DNA of 63,946 nucleotides, counting the filler, from Octopus bimaculoides (Eukaryota): NCBI RefSeq assembly GCF_001194135.2. It is 8 parts of 7 records of this genome, joined end to end, with 100 filler letters (N's around TTAATTAATTAA, not from the genome) between each part and the next. Parts side by side here need not be neighbours in the genome. Positions count along the whole stretch, not along the records: positions 48,300 to 54,005 come from NC_068988.1; positions 54,106 to 58,072 come from NW_026361674.1; positions 58,173 to 61,533 come from NW_026424235.1; positions 61,634 to 63,946 come from NW_026328498.1; 4 more parts are not named here. The stretch is one strand, 5' to 3'. Shown piece by piece: positions 49,669 through 61,674 of this stretch. A program made the position numbers and the translations under genes. Position 1 is the stretch's first letter, and every line of letters starts with the position of its first letter. The notes below the pieces were generated by a model that did not search any database, was not told the DNA's origin, and was given only the letters and a program-made list of their open reading frames with translations.

Positions 49669-52620
49669 TCGTCGGTGGGTAGTGTTTTGTGACTCGTACG
49701 TATGTTTTAACTTTTATACCACATCGCACATTAAGTCTTTATATAACAAGGAGAAACTAAAACAATCGTGCTATAAGTTCTGTGAGTGTATATACAGATG
49801 GATCTTATTTACACTTTTCTTTATAAAAGAATGGTAATACTTATACTATTTGAATTCAAGAAGCCATACTTCATAATGGAAATGTTTATTTTTTTTCTCT
49901 CTATAAAACAAAAAGACAGAATTGCTTTTTAATTTGAAATGTAATCTGAAAATACGGTTTCTGATAATTTCTTTTAAATATTGTATAACATAATTTTCTC
50001 TGAGAAGAGAAGATTATCGACATTCGGCGGTAATGAAGCTTTTTGTGATGTTTTGACTCGCATTTACAATTTACTCTAATCACTTATACTAATTACATTG
50101 AAAGTATTCATTCACTGGTGAGATTTAAAGATTATATTAAGTAAAAGTATGTTATAACAAAAGACTGAAAATGTAGTTCCTGTTTGGTGAATTATTTCGT
50201 GTTTTTAAATTTAATTTATTCATAGACTCGCAGTTACAGAAGAACTGACTTAGACGTCAGATATTATTCACCGATGGTTCAATATCCACCAAACAGAGTC
50301 GGAGGATTTTAAAGATTTGTTGCAGATATAAAGTTTATCTTGTCTTTGATTTAAATTCAGAAAAGTTTTGTTATTGGACAGTCACAATATATCTTATTAT
50401 GTTAAAAATTCATCATAAACGTTATTGGCCATGAGCTTTCGAGTGGTTCAAACGATGTTTCCTTTGATGTAATTCTTAGTCAAATTTTGTTGTAAGATGT
50501 AAGGAAGCATGACTTCTCTTTATCGAAGAAGGTTCAGAAGAGATTCAGAACGACACCAAGCAAATTGTTAACGGGAGATCAACATAAGAGATAATTCAAA
50601 TTGTAATAATTTTATCGAGCATATATTCATTATAGGTTTTGTGGCCTCTAGTTTCATCGATAACATTGAAACTCAAATACTCGAATATTAACATAGTTTA
50701 TAACTTTGTGTAAAAATAATGACAAGTGTCATTCAGGCCAAATCGCTTGACTGTGAAAGCACAAAAGTGGAAGTTTTACTATGAGAAATTTGGTATAGTT
50801 TCTCAAAAATATTATTTTGACCTGTTTTGATTGATTAGTTGATTATACTGCCACCGAGAAAGCATTTCGAATGCTAAACCTTGCAATCTCAACAGTTACT
50901 CTTTAGTTAAACATCATATGATAATACAAGCAGGAATTTTCTATTAAACCATGACATATTCCTATGATAAATGTATTTAAGAATTGTCACTAACGTTGAG
51001 GTACTGAATTACCCCTTAAGTCAAGGTGATTTGTATCTTATCACTTTACTTTCAACAGTTTACATACATAACGTGGGTAAGTTGAGTACTTTTACCATAG
51101 AGGAAAGAGTATTGCTGACACGATGTGTAGACAGGAGTCGGCAAGAATCGACATGTAGACAGGAACTAGCAGAAGACTAACTTACACATTCAACGTTGAA
51201 CCTATTTTACTATTCCGAAATAAATGCTAAATCAGAACAATATGTTTACAGCTAGTAGTGATTTACACATGCACACACACCCAACACACGCACATATACA
51301 CTTACACACGCTCGTAAACACGCTCTCGCACACTCACACGCGCGTGCAGGCGCGCGCGTGTGTGGGTGCATCTGTATCTCCTCTTTCTGGAGTGAATTTT
51401 GCATTCATTTCCTTTTTAGTTATTTTACGCATAATTTTCATTTTCTTTGCTAAATTTATTTCATAAAATTTTCTCTAGCTGCGAATAGGAAGGAATTTAA
51501 TTTCCCTAATGCTTTTACTTTGGCATTTAAATCATGCCATCCTATCAATTAATTTCCGTTAGTTTCTTGCAGATAAACAAATTTAGTCAAAGTTTTAATT
51601 TAATTATATACAAATAAAGATATTCAATACATCACTCGATTCTCTCATAGTTGATAAACCTTTTGGCAAGTTAGTTCCTTAGTTTTCTACCAATACAAGA
51701 ACGTTCTAATCTAAAAATAAGTAGTATAACATACAGAATGATCAGTTGTAGCATTACTATGTTCTTAGAAGTACGTTGACCAACAAGATAAGATAAGATC
51801 GCAAAATATGCACAGCAAGTGGAATACAAAGTTACTGAAGCCAAATTCGTGAACGTATAGCAAAACGCTTAATTCCATTACTAACACAGAAAAATAGATT
51901 TCATTTTGACTTGGAAGCTTAACAAGCAATAGATTAGCTTTACTGATATATATATAGTATTATATTATATTATATTATATTATATCATTTTTATGTATTT
52001 TCATGGGGAATAAGTTGTTTGTTTCTCATCCACAAAAGACAACGAAGTAAAGCAGAACCTGTCTCTTGTATCGTTAAAACTATTATTATTTTACTGACTA
52101 TAATATGATGTAATATGAGAAATGAGAAAGTTCTATGAGTAATTTGAACTGTAGAATGATATGATAACTTTCAGTTGAATATTTTCATTTCTTTTTCTTT
52201 TTTCTTTTAGGTGAACGTTCTAGGGAGATTACTTTTTAATACAGATTAAACATTTCAAAAATATCTTAAGTCAGTGAGTGAAATATATGAGATAGAATAC
52301 TCATTCTGGATTTATAGAAGGCGGTTTAATGTAAATTCGCTAATGCCCTCTTTCTAGACCACTGATATTCGTTATTCTTAAAAACGATTTTCTGTAGAAT
52401 TGATAGGTCGTTAGACAAAATGCTTAGCAATAGATATTTACGCCCCTTTGCTTAACAAGTACAAATCGATCCTACCATTGATCGATGTGGATTGGGTAAA
52501 ACTATATAATCATCAGGTATTGGAATAGTTATAATTGTTCACATAGTTCTCAGAAAAAGTTGAAATTATGTTACAAATCAATGATACATTGTACGATTAT
52601 TCATATTACATTTAATATAT

Positions 52621-53017
52621 TAAAGTAGTTGTATACTGTCAACTTAATGTGACAGTCTTAATAAGGGAATCATACTGCTGCTATTTAGCCCTAGCAAGCT
52701 CGACCACTTCCTGTCGGCCTAGACACATTTCTTGTGTCCTTATATTTGTGAGGGGGAGACAAGCACCCCCACCCAACCTAGCCTGCATTCAGGGATATAT
52801 TTCTGAGTCTTAGCTCGTCATCAGCCTGAAGTAGCAGAAACATGTCCCTGAATGCAGGCTAGGCTGGGTGGGGGGCTTGTTTCCCCTCACAAATATAAGG
52901 ATACAGGAAATGTGTCAAGGCTGAGAGGAAGCGGTCCAGCTTCCTTGGGCTAAATAGCAGCAGTATGGTTCCCTTATTGGGACTGTCACATTAAGTTGAC
53001 AGTATACAACTGCTTTA
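52621..53017. mobile_element. 397-bp palindrome (two ~185-bp arms, 29-nt spacer) of a PLE pseudo-LTR-like repeat
   Basis: 52621-52805 is the reverse complement of 52835-53017 with scattered mismatches. Confidence 0.9.
52788..52830 (-). ncRNA. Minimal type I hammerhead ribozyme at the palindrome centre
   Basis: TTCAGG-CTGATGA-C-GAG-CTAAGA-CTC-A-GAAA-TATA-TC-CCTGAA: 6-bp stem I, canonical core, 3-bp stem II, palindromic stem III ATATAT, AUC cleavage triplet. The opposite arm retains GAAACATGTC-CCTGAA (GUC). Confidence 0.8.
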
Positions 53018-53153
53018 TCGTAACACTGCTGCTTAGGTCTCTCTGTGAGATTTATAATTAGATCATTTCTAATTTAATATATTATACCATCAATACGCAA
53101 CTAATTCACTTATGGTCTATCTTACCATGTTTATTATTTTACCCTATGGTAAT

Positions 53154-53365
53154 TCGGTGAGCTGGCAGAATCGTTAGCACGCTGAACAAAATACCTAGGG
53201 GTATTTCGTTTGTGGTTACGTTCTAAGTTCAAATTCCACCGGTGTCAATTACTACCTTTCGGAATTGATAAAATAAGTACCATTTCAACACTGGGGTCAA
53301 TTTAATCGACTGATACCCTCTCTTGAATTTTTCTGGTCTTATGCCAAAATTTGAAACCAATATTT
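53154..53365 (+). mobile_element. Full-length tRNA-derived SINE
   Basis: GGTGAGCTGGCAGAATCGTTAGCACG...GTTCAAATTCC...GATAAAATAAGTACC...GCCAAAATTTGAAACCAAT. Confidence 0.85.
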
Positions 53366-53935
53366 TACGCTTAGGTTGTCGCAGAGATTATAATCATAGC
53401 TGGTGAAGAAAGACCCAGAAAACTAAATATAATTTAAAGCAAACTTATATATATATACATACGTATGTATGTAATCAAGATCCTTTTAGCGGATTTTTTG
53501 GAAGTCTCTGATGGGTTTCATTTATGCATTTCACTTGACCAGTATAGAATAGTTTCCATACCTTTATAATTCTGGTACTCATCATCTTTTCTCCAGGAAA
53601 TGGTTGCTAGTCACCATTATTTTACATGCCAGGATATGTACTTTTTTATACTGTTGAATGATTGTAATACTAATAAGTATTAGTATTACCAACAATTATG
53701 TTTGTGATTAACTATAATTTTTGTAGATTAACATTTCTCCTCTCTCTCTCTCTCTCTCTCTGTATATATGCCTGCTTAAATCAACGGCTTTTTGTCTTTT
53801 GGTGCCTTCTCAATTATTCTCTCGATGGACCTACCCCAAATAATACGCAGTTGGATCGAACCCCAAGACAGAGTAAAGCAAAATTATTTCAGATTCGGTC
53901 ATACTCTCCCTAAATACGCGTATGTGCGTATAAAG

Positions 53936-54005
<70 letters not shown>

Positions 54006-54106
54006 NNNNNNNNNNNNNNNNNNNNNNNNNNNNNNNNNNNNNNNNNNNNTTAATTAATTAANNNNNNNNNNNNNNNNNNNNNNNNNNNNNNNNNNNNNNN
54101 NNNNNT

Positions 54107-54680
54107 TCTCGGTGTGCGGGAAGCTGGTGGGACACTACCCGGTTGCAGGATGGCCTCCGGACTGCATGTAGCTTCATCAAGAGACGACCCGAAGGAGCAA
54201 AGTGGAATGACAGAGTGGAGGAGAAAACGACCGACATGATGCAGGAAGTCTTGGTCAGAGTGAGAGCAGAGGATCCAGTGAGGGGCAGTTGGTATGTTCC
54301 CAAATCAAAGAGTGGGATCGTTTGGTGTAACGCCAGTAGCATCGCAATAGGGGTTGTCTTAGAAATGGGAGACACCGTGGTGGAAGATGCAGCCTGGCTC
54401 AGGAAGATGGATGACTGCAACCATATCAGTGTGGCGGAGTTGGATGCCGTGCTGAAGGGGGTGAACATGGCCTTGAAGTGGGGACTGTGCACCATCGAAA
54501 TTAGAACCGATTTGGCCACTGTGCTTGGTTGGGTGACGGCAATCATCACCAATGAGCGGAGGGTGCGAACCAAAGGGGCTGCGGAGATGCTGGTAAAGCG
54601 CAGATTGGGAATATTGCGGGAGCTAACCGCTGAGTTCGATCTGGAGCTGAGCGTAATTTTTGTGCCTTCCGAAAAGAACA
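54107..54680 (+). mobile_element. Ty3/Gypsy-like LTR retrotransposon pol fragment (RT connection and RNase H)
   Basis: VWCNASSIAIGVVLE...EDAAWLRK...HISVAELDAVLKGVNMALKWG...IEIRTDLATVLGW...VPSEKN shows RNase H motif spacing (D->N, E, D). Breaks into a SINE tail at ~54681-54722. Confidence 0.8.
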
Positions 54681-54873
54681 CTTCCGAAAGTGCTGGCTTT
54701 GTGCCAAAATTTGAAACCAATAAGATACTACAACTCAATAGAGTACATCTTACCTCGTTTAAATATAACTTACTGAAAGTGGTCAACGAATAATTATGAA
54801 CAATTATAAACTACTTGGGATTATGACGTAAACACATACGCGTGTGTATGCATGTATATATATACATCCATAT

Positions 54874-54948
<75 letters not shown>

Positions 54949-55346
54949 AACTCAAAAAGGAGAAATGGTGACGAATGGAAAAACAGAGGACTCCTTTCAT
55001 TTAGACGTGTCACACGGTCGAACATACAAATATATATATCAAAGATTATATGTTATGCGACGATAACATAGATGACCAGTAATGAAAGACCACAACCGTA
55101 TAAGATGAATAACAGAGATATTTATTGTAGCGTTAAAGATGTATGTCTGTGTGTGAGTGTGAATGCGACATATAAGAACATAATCAAAGACAGGCTGTCA
55201 TACAAAGAAAAGTGTGTATGTGAGTGATACATGTGTGTGTATGTTATTACAGCAGAGAGAAAGAGAGTCAATAACACGTGAACAATTATACCAGTTCTTT
55301 AGTACACTATAGGAAAAGTTCTGTATGTGAAAGTGAGGGGGCTGAG

Positions 55347-55946
55347 TGTGGCAGAGCTGATCACTTGTTGTGATGTCGTGGCATCGATGCCGGGCCGTGA
55401 TTCTTGTTANNNNNNNNNNNNNNNNNNNNNNNNNNNNNNNNNNNNNNNNNNNNNNNNNNNNNNNNNNNNNNNNNNNNNNNNNNNNNNNNNNNNNNNNNNN
55501 NNNNNNNNNNNNNNNNNNNNNNNNNNNNNNNNNNNNNNNNNNNNNNNNNNNNNNNNNNNNNNNNNNNNNNNNNNNNNNNNNNNNNNNGTTGAAGTGGTCG
55601 CTGGAACTGCTGCTGCTGTCGTGTGGTACACGGAACAGTTCTCAAAGAGAAACTGGACCGAGACAAATTTGTTGGGTATGAGTTGATCTATTTATAGCGT
55701 TAAGAGGGCTCCAAGACGGTGATAAAATTTTACTCTATCACGTGACCTTATTAGGGGCCGTGATTGGTCAGTTTGCGTTCTGGCGGGAACGGTTCGAAGA
55801 AGTTGCCGATTCGAATAATGATCAGTCACGTGATGACAAGGAATGGGTTCTCTACTACGCTCGCATTTATTTATATTTAAATGAGAAGATTGTATGTAAT
55901 GGCGATAGTAGTTTTGTATCTAATGGCGATAGGTAGTTTCACTACA
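55347..55946 (+). mobile_element. Possible LTR (TG...CA) preceded by a purine-rich tract, with internal gap
   Basis: GAAAGTGAGGGGGCTGAG|TGTGGCAG ... TTTCACTACA; same strand as, and 670 nt downstream of, the RNase H fragment. Confidence 0.4.
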
Positions 55947-56380
55947 TATATATATATATATGCATATGTATATAGCTATAGATATACATACATACATGCA
56001 TACACACTCACATACATACTTATAAACATGCATGCATGTATGTATGCATTTGTGTTGTGTGTGTGTGTGTAATACAAGCGTGAGACTGTGTGCATGTCTC
56101 TGCGTGAGCGCGCGCGTGTGTGTATGTAATTTAAAGCTGTATATTAAAGCTATGATTAATGAATAGTTTTAATTACCCTGCCTGATTACGCGTGTATTTA
56201 ATAAAAGTTGAGGAGATGGATTAATTAGTTTGCTCAATACATGCTTTGTCTTGAATACGTTTCTGTGCATATTATATATATGTATATACATGTATACATA
56301 TGTATGTTACAGAAGATTAATTACAGGCAAGCATTTGTCACACACTCCAGTCAATTCCCCACCTCTCTCCTCTCCCTTCC

Positions 56381-56427
<47 letters not shown>

Positions 56428-56624
56428 CATATCTGCAATGATTAATCTTTCTAACTGATCTTCTTGATCACAGATTTTCCTTCAGTTTATGCTATTAAAT
56501 TAATCCTTTCTAATCTCCAGGCAAAACCTGAACATAAGAAAGATATTGCATTTAGCTAGTTACAGTACTTGAGTCGGGAATGAGCTAATATAGGAACCTC
56601 TACGTCAGTGATTTACAGTTATCT

Positions 56625-56813
56625 TTTATCCTGTACTTGTTTCACTCATCGGACTGCGGCCATGCTGGGGCACAGCGTTAACGGGATTAGTCCAATCATT
56701 TTAACTCCAGTACCCATTTATTAAACCCGGTATTTACTCTGTCGTTCTATTTTGCAGAACTGCTAAATTACAGGACATAAACAAACTAACAGCGGTTGCC
56801 AACAATGGAAGGA

Positions 56814-56820
<7 letters not shown>
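56625..56820 (-). mobile_element. SINE 3' half
   Basis: TGTTTGTCCTTCC...CAGTTCTGCAAAATAG...GTGCCCCAGCATGGCCGCAGTCCGATGAGTGAAACAAGTA. Confidence 0.7.
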
Positions 56821-56862
<42 letters not shown>

Positions 56863-56871
56863 ACAAATATA

Positions 56872-56906
<35 letters not shown>

Positions 56907-57346
56907 ATCGTCGGTAAAACATAAAGCATACATCCGAAAAAGAAGAACTCTCTAAGTTATAGAGTTAAAGTTAGACGAGGCCGGTTTATGGGATTACACC
57001 TGAGTGTCACGTCCATAAAGCGTAACGTCAGATCCCAAACCTTGGCTTATGGCCTCTCTAGAATATGGCCGAGGAAAAGACTTCTTTACTCTGTCGACAA
57101 CAGGAGATTGTTTCCCTTTGGCTGTCATTTGTAAATGACGCTGTTATCGTGTGGGTCCCAGTAGGCCAGCGGGAATTTCCTGAGGTGCAAGCATGGTCTT
57201 AAGACCTCTGTTCTGGAGTTAAAGATGTACCCCAGGTCGGGAAAATCCCTTAGTATCCTCGCCCGTTCTGCTATTCACAGTTTACAATACTTGGTCCCGT
57301 TTACGTAGGAGCCTGGGTTTTCTAGGATTCACCATGATATTACGTG

Positions 57347-57403
57347 TGGAATTCCGTCGCCCTTCAGCTGCCATGACGGCAGCTGAAGGACGACGGAATT
57401 CCA
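57347..57403. repeat. GC-rich near-perfect hairpin (26-bp stem, 5-nt loop)
   Basis: TGGAATTCCGTCG-C-CCTTCAGCTGCC-ATGAC-GGCAGCTGAAGG-A-CGACGGAATTCCA. Confidence 0.9.
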
Positions 57404-58172
57404 TCATGGCAGTTGAAGTATTGGTGGATATAGAATCTTTATTTGTGTATTAAAGTTACCATTGGTTTCATGTTAAGGAAATACTCAAGAATTATTCTAG
57501 CCAATCACATAGAAAAATTGGTGTTTGTATCCATTTTGGATTAAAATGCGATAGAATATAGAGAAAGTCAGGAGGTATGGGATCAATATATTTATCACTC
57601 CAGTTGATATCCCATAAGATCGCGATCGTTTCGCAGCTAATATCATGGAAAAATAATTTATATTAGTGTATATTATTTTACTGATTCCTTTTTGATATCT
57701 TGCTAAATCCCCCTTTCCTCACTTCTACGTAAAACTTTTTTATTAATTATTATCTTTCATACATTATTATTTCGGAGGTGATTTGTGTGTGTGTGTGTGT
57801 TGGAGTTTAAGAATGGATGTAACCATAATATTCTATGGATCTGAAGAACTAACCTTCTTTACGTGTATTAGCTTGTAGAATGTACAATAAAACTATACAA
57901 TTTACAACATACACACTAGTGCACACATGTAAAATAATTTATTGTACACTATAATAAATTAGTTTTCCATAACGTTGGCTGCAAAATGGAAAAGAGTATG
58001 TTTTTTCATGTATACATCTATATTCTTTTATTCTTTTACTTTATTCAGTCATTTAACTGCGGCCATGCTGGANNNNNNNNNNNNNNNNNNNNNNNNNNNN
58101 NNNNNNNNNNNNNNNNTTAATTAATTAANNNNNNNNNNNNNNNNNNNNNNNNNNNNNNNNNNNNNNNNNNNN

Positions 58173-58445
58173 CTGAGAGAGCATCAGTCATTGTGTCTGG
58201 GACAGTTCAAGGCAAAGTAAATAATGAGACAGTGTGAGGTAGTGTCAATGCGACAGTGTGTGGGTGAGTGTATCTGAGAGAGCATCAGTCATTGTGTCTG
58301 GGACAGTTCAAGGCAAAGTAAATGAGACAGTGTGAGGTAGTGTACATGAGACAGTGTGAGGTAGTGTCAATGAGACAGTGTGAGGTAGTGTATATGAGAC
58401 AGGGTGTGGCAGAGTGGGAGAGTGTATCTGAGCGAGTGAGAGGCA
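58173..58445. repeat. Minisatellite with 24-bp GAGACAGTGTGAGGTAGTGT(N4) units nested in a ~100-bp higher-order repeat
   Basis: CTGAGAGAGCATCAGTCATTGTGTCTGGGACAGTT recurs at 58173 and ~58273, with a variable number of 24-mers between. Confidence 0.85.
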
Positions 58446-58464
58446 TTGCATCTGGGACAGTTAC

Positions 58465-58693
58465 TCTCATTACTCTTTTTACTCTTTTACTTGTTTCAGT
58501 CATTTAACTGTGTCCATGCAGGATCACCGCCTTTAGTCGAGCAAATCAACCCGAAGACTTATTCTTGGTTAGCCTATTACTTATTCTATCGGTCTCTTTT
58601 GCCAAACCGCTAAGTTACATGGATGTAATCCCACCAGCATCGATTGTCAAGCGAAGTTGGGTGGGGGGGACAAACACAGACATACAAACATAT

Positions 58694-58736
<43 letters not shown>

Positions 58737-58895
58737 TACGACGGGCTTCTTTCAGTTTTTGTCTAACGAACCCACTTACAAGACTTTGGTCGGCCTGAGG
58801 CTATAGTAGAAGATACTTGCCCAAGGTGCCACGCAGTGGGACTGAATCCAGAACCATGTGGTTGGTAAGCAAGCTACTTTCCACACAGCCACACC
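58465..58895 (-). mobile_element. Full-length CORE-like SINE (octopus OR2-like)
   Basis: Head GTGGCTGTGTGGAAAGTAGC...GGTTCTGGATTCAGTCCC, GGCACCTTGGGCAAGTATCTT core, (TA) tract, tail CAGTTAAATGACTGAAACAAGTAAAAGAGTAAAAG. Confidence 0.85.
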
Positions 58896-58940
58896 TGAGA
58901 CGGTGTGAGTTAGTGTATATCAGACACTGCAGATAGTGGA

Positions 58941-59079
58941 TGAGGATGGGCTGAAAAGTTCCCTATATTGCTATGAAGGAGTGATGCTACAGCTGTGAAA
59001 TCTTGCACACATCAATTCCAACCTTTTTTATTAATAACTCTATTGTTTCTTCCCAAGTAAACTGAGATCTTTCTATTCA
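58941..59079 (+). mobile_element. Duplicated mariner left end
   Basis: TGAGGATGGGCTGAAAAGTTC...CTGAGATCTTTCTATTCA, a diverged copy of 59159-59298. Confidence 0.8.
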
Positions 59080-59158
59080 NNNNNNNNNNGGGCCAGTTCA
59101 AGGCAACGTAAATGAGACAGTGTGAGGTAGTGTCAATGAGACACTGTCAGACAGTGGA

Positions 59159-60243
59159 TGAGGGTGGGCTGAAAAGTTCACTGTATTACTATGAAGGATT
59201 GATGCTAGACCTGTGAAGTCTTACATGCATCTATTCCAACCGTTCTTATTAATAACTCTATTGTTTCTTCCCAAGTAAACTGAGATCTTTCTATTCAAAG
59301 AAAACTTCAAAGGTATCTAGTAGTGAATTGTCTTGAAAATGAATACAATTTGGCATCATGGTGTTATCAAGTCCCTGCAGAAAAGGGGTTAGCCCCCAAG
59401 GAAATTCATGCTGACATGGTTGCTACGTTAGGGGATGAGGTTTCAGCTTTACCAACAGAGCAAAAGGGAGCAGCTGAATTTAGGAGCGGAAGAGAGCGTC
59501 TTGAAGATGACCCAGAGTCTGGTCGTCCTGCGAACTGCCACCATCAAGGAAAACATTGATCGTGTTCACCACATGACGATGGATGACAGGTGATTGGCTT
59601 TAAATCAAAGAATCAATGCTATTAGCAAATCCCATGAGAGTGTTGAGAATATTCTGCACAATGAACTTGGTATGATGAAGGGTTTTGCTTCGTGAGCACC
59701 ACATCTGACACCTGATCAAAAATGTGCCAAGTTGATCACATCACAGGAAAATCTGACTTTGTTTGAGGCAGATCCAGTGGGTTTCCTGGAGCATTTCTTA
59801 ACCCAGGATGAGTGATGGGTTCATCACTCTGAGCTAGAGACAAAGAGAAAATCTTTAATTTAGAAACACCCCCCTTCTCACCTGCTCCCAAAAATGGCCA
59901 AGGTTGTTTCATCTGAAGGGAAGGTGATGGGTTCAAGTTTTGGGAGATGCTTTCTGTTGTGTTTATTGTCTGTCTTCAGAAGGGCCACATCGTCAATGGA
60001 GAGTAGGATACCAACTTGCTGAGGCTGTTACAAAAGGCTATCAAGATGAAATGCCCAGGAAAACTTATGAAAGGGGTCTTCTTTTGTCATGACAATGCTC
60101 CATCACACTAGTCCTCGGTTTCGATGGATGCTGTGCGTGACTGTGGCTTTGAACTGGTTGATCACCCTACCTTGTACTCCTCATTTGGCCCCATCGGACT
60201 ATCATCTGTTCCCCAACATGAAAAAGAAAAAACCACTTGGCTG
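59159..60243 (+). mobile_element. mariner (DD34D-type) transposon pseudogene, 3' end in gap
   Basis: TIR-like GAGGGTGGGCTGAAAAGTTC. Frameshifted translation QKRGLAPKEIHADMVATLG...LEDDPESGRP...TQDE*WVHH...DNAPSH...CGFELVDHP...LAPSDYHLFPNMK. Confidence 0.92.
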
Positions 60244-61243
60244 NNNNNNNNNNNNNNNNNNNNNNNNNNNNNNNNNNNNNNNNNNNNNNNNNNNNNNNNN
60301 NNNNNNNNNNNNNNNNNNNNNNNNNNNNNNNNNNNNNNNNNNNNNNNNNNNNNNNNNNNNNNNNNNNNNNNNNNNNNNNNNNNNNNNNNNNNNNNNNNNN
60401 NNNNNNNNNNNNNNNNNNNNNNNNNNNNNNNNNNNNNNNNNNNNNNNNNNNNNNNNNNNNNNNNNNNNNNNNNNNNNNNNNNNNNNNNNNNNNNNNNNNN
60501 NNNNNNNNNNNNNNNNNNNNNNNNNNNNNNNNNNNNNNNNNNNNNNNNNNNNNNNNNNNNNNNNNNNNNNNNNNNNNNNNNNNNNNNNNNNNNNNNNNNN
60601 NNNNNNNNNNNNNNNNNNNNNNNNNNNNNNNNNNNNNNNNNNNNNNNNNNNNNNNNNNNNNNNNNNNNNNNNNNNNNNNNNNNNNNNNNNNNNNNNNNNN
60701 NNNNNNNNNNNNNNNNNNNNNNNNNNNNNNNNNNNNNNNNNNNNNNNNNNNNNNNNNNNNNNNNNNNNNNNNNNNNNNNNNNNNNNNNNNNNNNNNNNNN
60801 NNNNNNNNNNNNNNNNNNNNNNNNNNNNNNNNNNNNNNNNNNNNNNNNNNNNNNNNNNNNNNNNNNNNNNNNNNNNNNNNNNNNNNNNNNNNNNNNNNNN
60901 NNNNNNNNNNNNNNNNNNNNNNNNNNNNNNNNNNNNNNNNNNNNNNNNNNNNNNNNNNNNNNNNNNNNNNNNNNNNNNNNNNNNNNNNNNNNNNNNNNNN
61001 NNNNNNNNNNNNNNNNNNNNNNNNNNNNNNNNNNNNNNNNNNNNNNNNNNNNNNNNNNNNNNNNNNNNNNNNNNNNNNNNNNNNNNNNNNNNNNNNNNNN
61101 NNNNNNNNNNNNNNNNNNNNNNNNNNNNNNNNNNNNNNNNNNNNNNNNNNNNNNNNNNNNNNNNNNNNNNNNNNNNNNNNNNNNNNNNNNNNNNNNNNNN
61201 NNNNNNNNNNNNNNNNNNNNNNNNNNNNNNNNNNNNNNNNNNN

Positions 61244-61532
61244 GTATATGAGACAGTGTCAGGCTATATCTGAGATAAGGTATATGGCACACAGTCAGGC
61301 AGTGTATGTGAAACAGTGTCAGGCAGTGTAAATATGAGACAATGTCAGGCAGTGTATATGAGACAGTGTCAGGCTATATCTGAGATAAGGTATATGGCAC
61401 ACAGTCAGGCAGTGTATGCGAGACAGTGTCAGGCAGTGTAAATATGAGACAATGTCAGGCAGTGTATATGAGACAGTGTCACACTATATCTGAGATAAGG
61501 TATATGGCACACAGTCAGGCAGTGTATGCGAG
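61244..61532. repeat. 110-bp higher-order tandem repeat built from ~24-bp GAGACAGTGTCAGGCAGTGTATAT units
   Basis: GTATATGAGACAGTGTC starts at 61244, 61354 and 61464; the subunit is related to the 58.2-kb minisatellite. Confidence 0.9.
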
Positions 61533-61633
61533 ANNNNNNNNNNNNNNNNNNNNNNNNNNNNNNNNNNNNNNNNNNNNTTAATTAATTAANNNNNNNNNNN
61601 NNNNNNNNNNNNNNNNNNNNNNNNNNNNNNNNN

Positions 61634-61674
<41 letters not shown>

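Noticed and set aside
58173-58445. Regular repeats that superficially resemble a CRISPR array
   Set aside because: No unique spacers, eukaryotic context and no cas genes; ordinary minisatellite.
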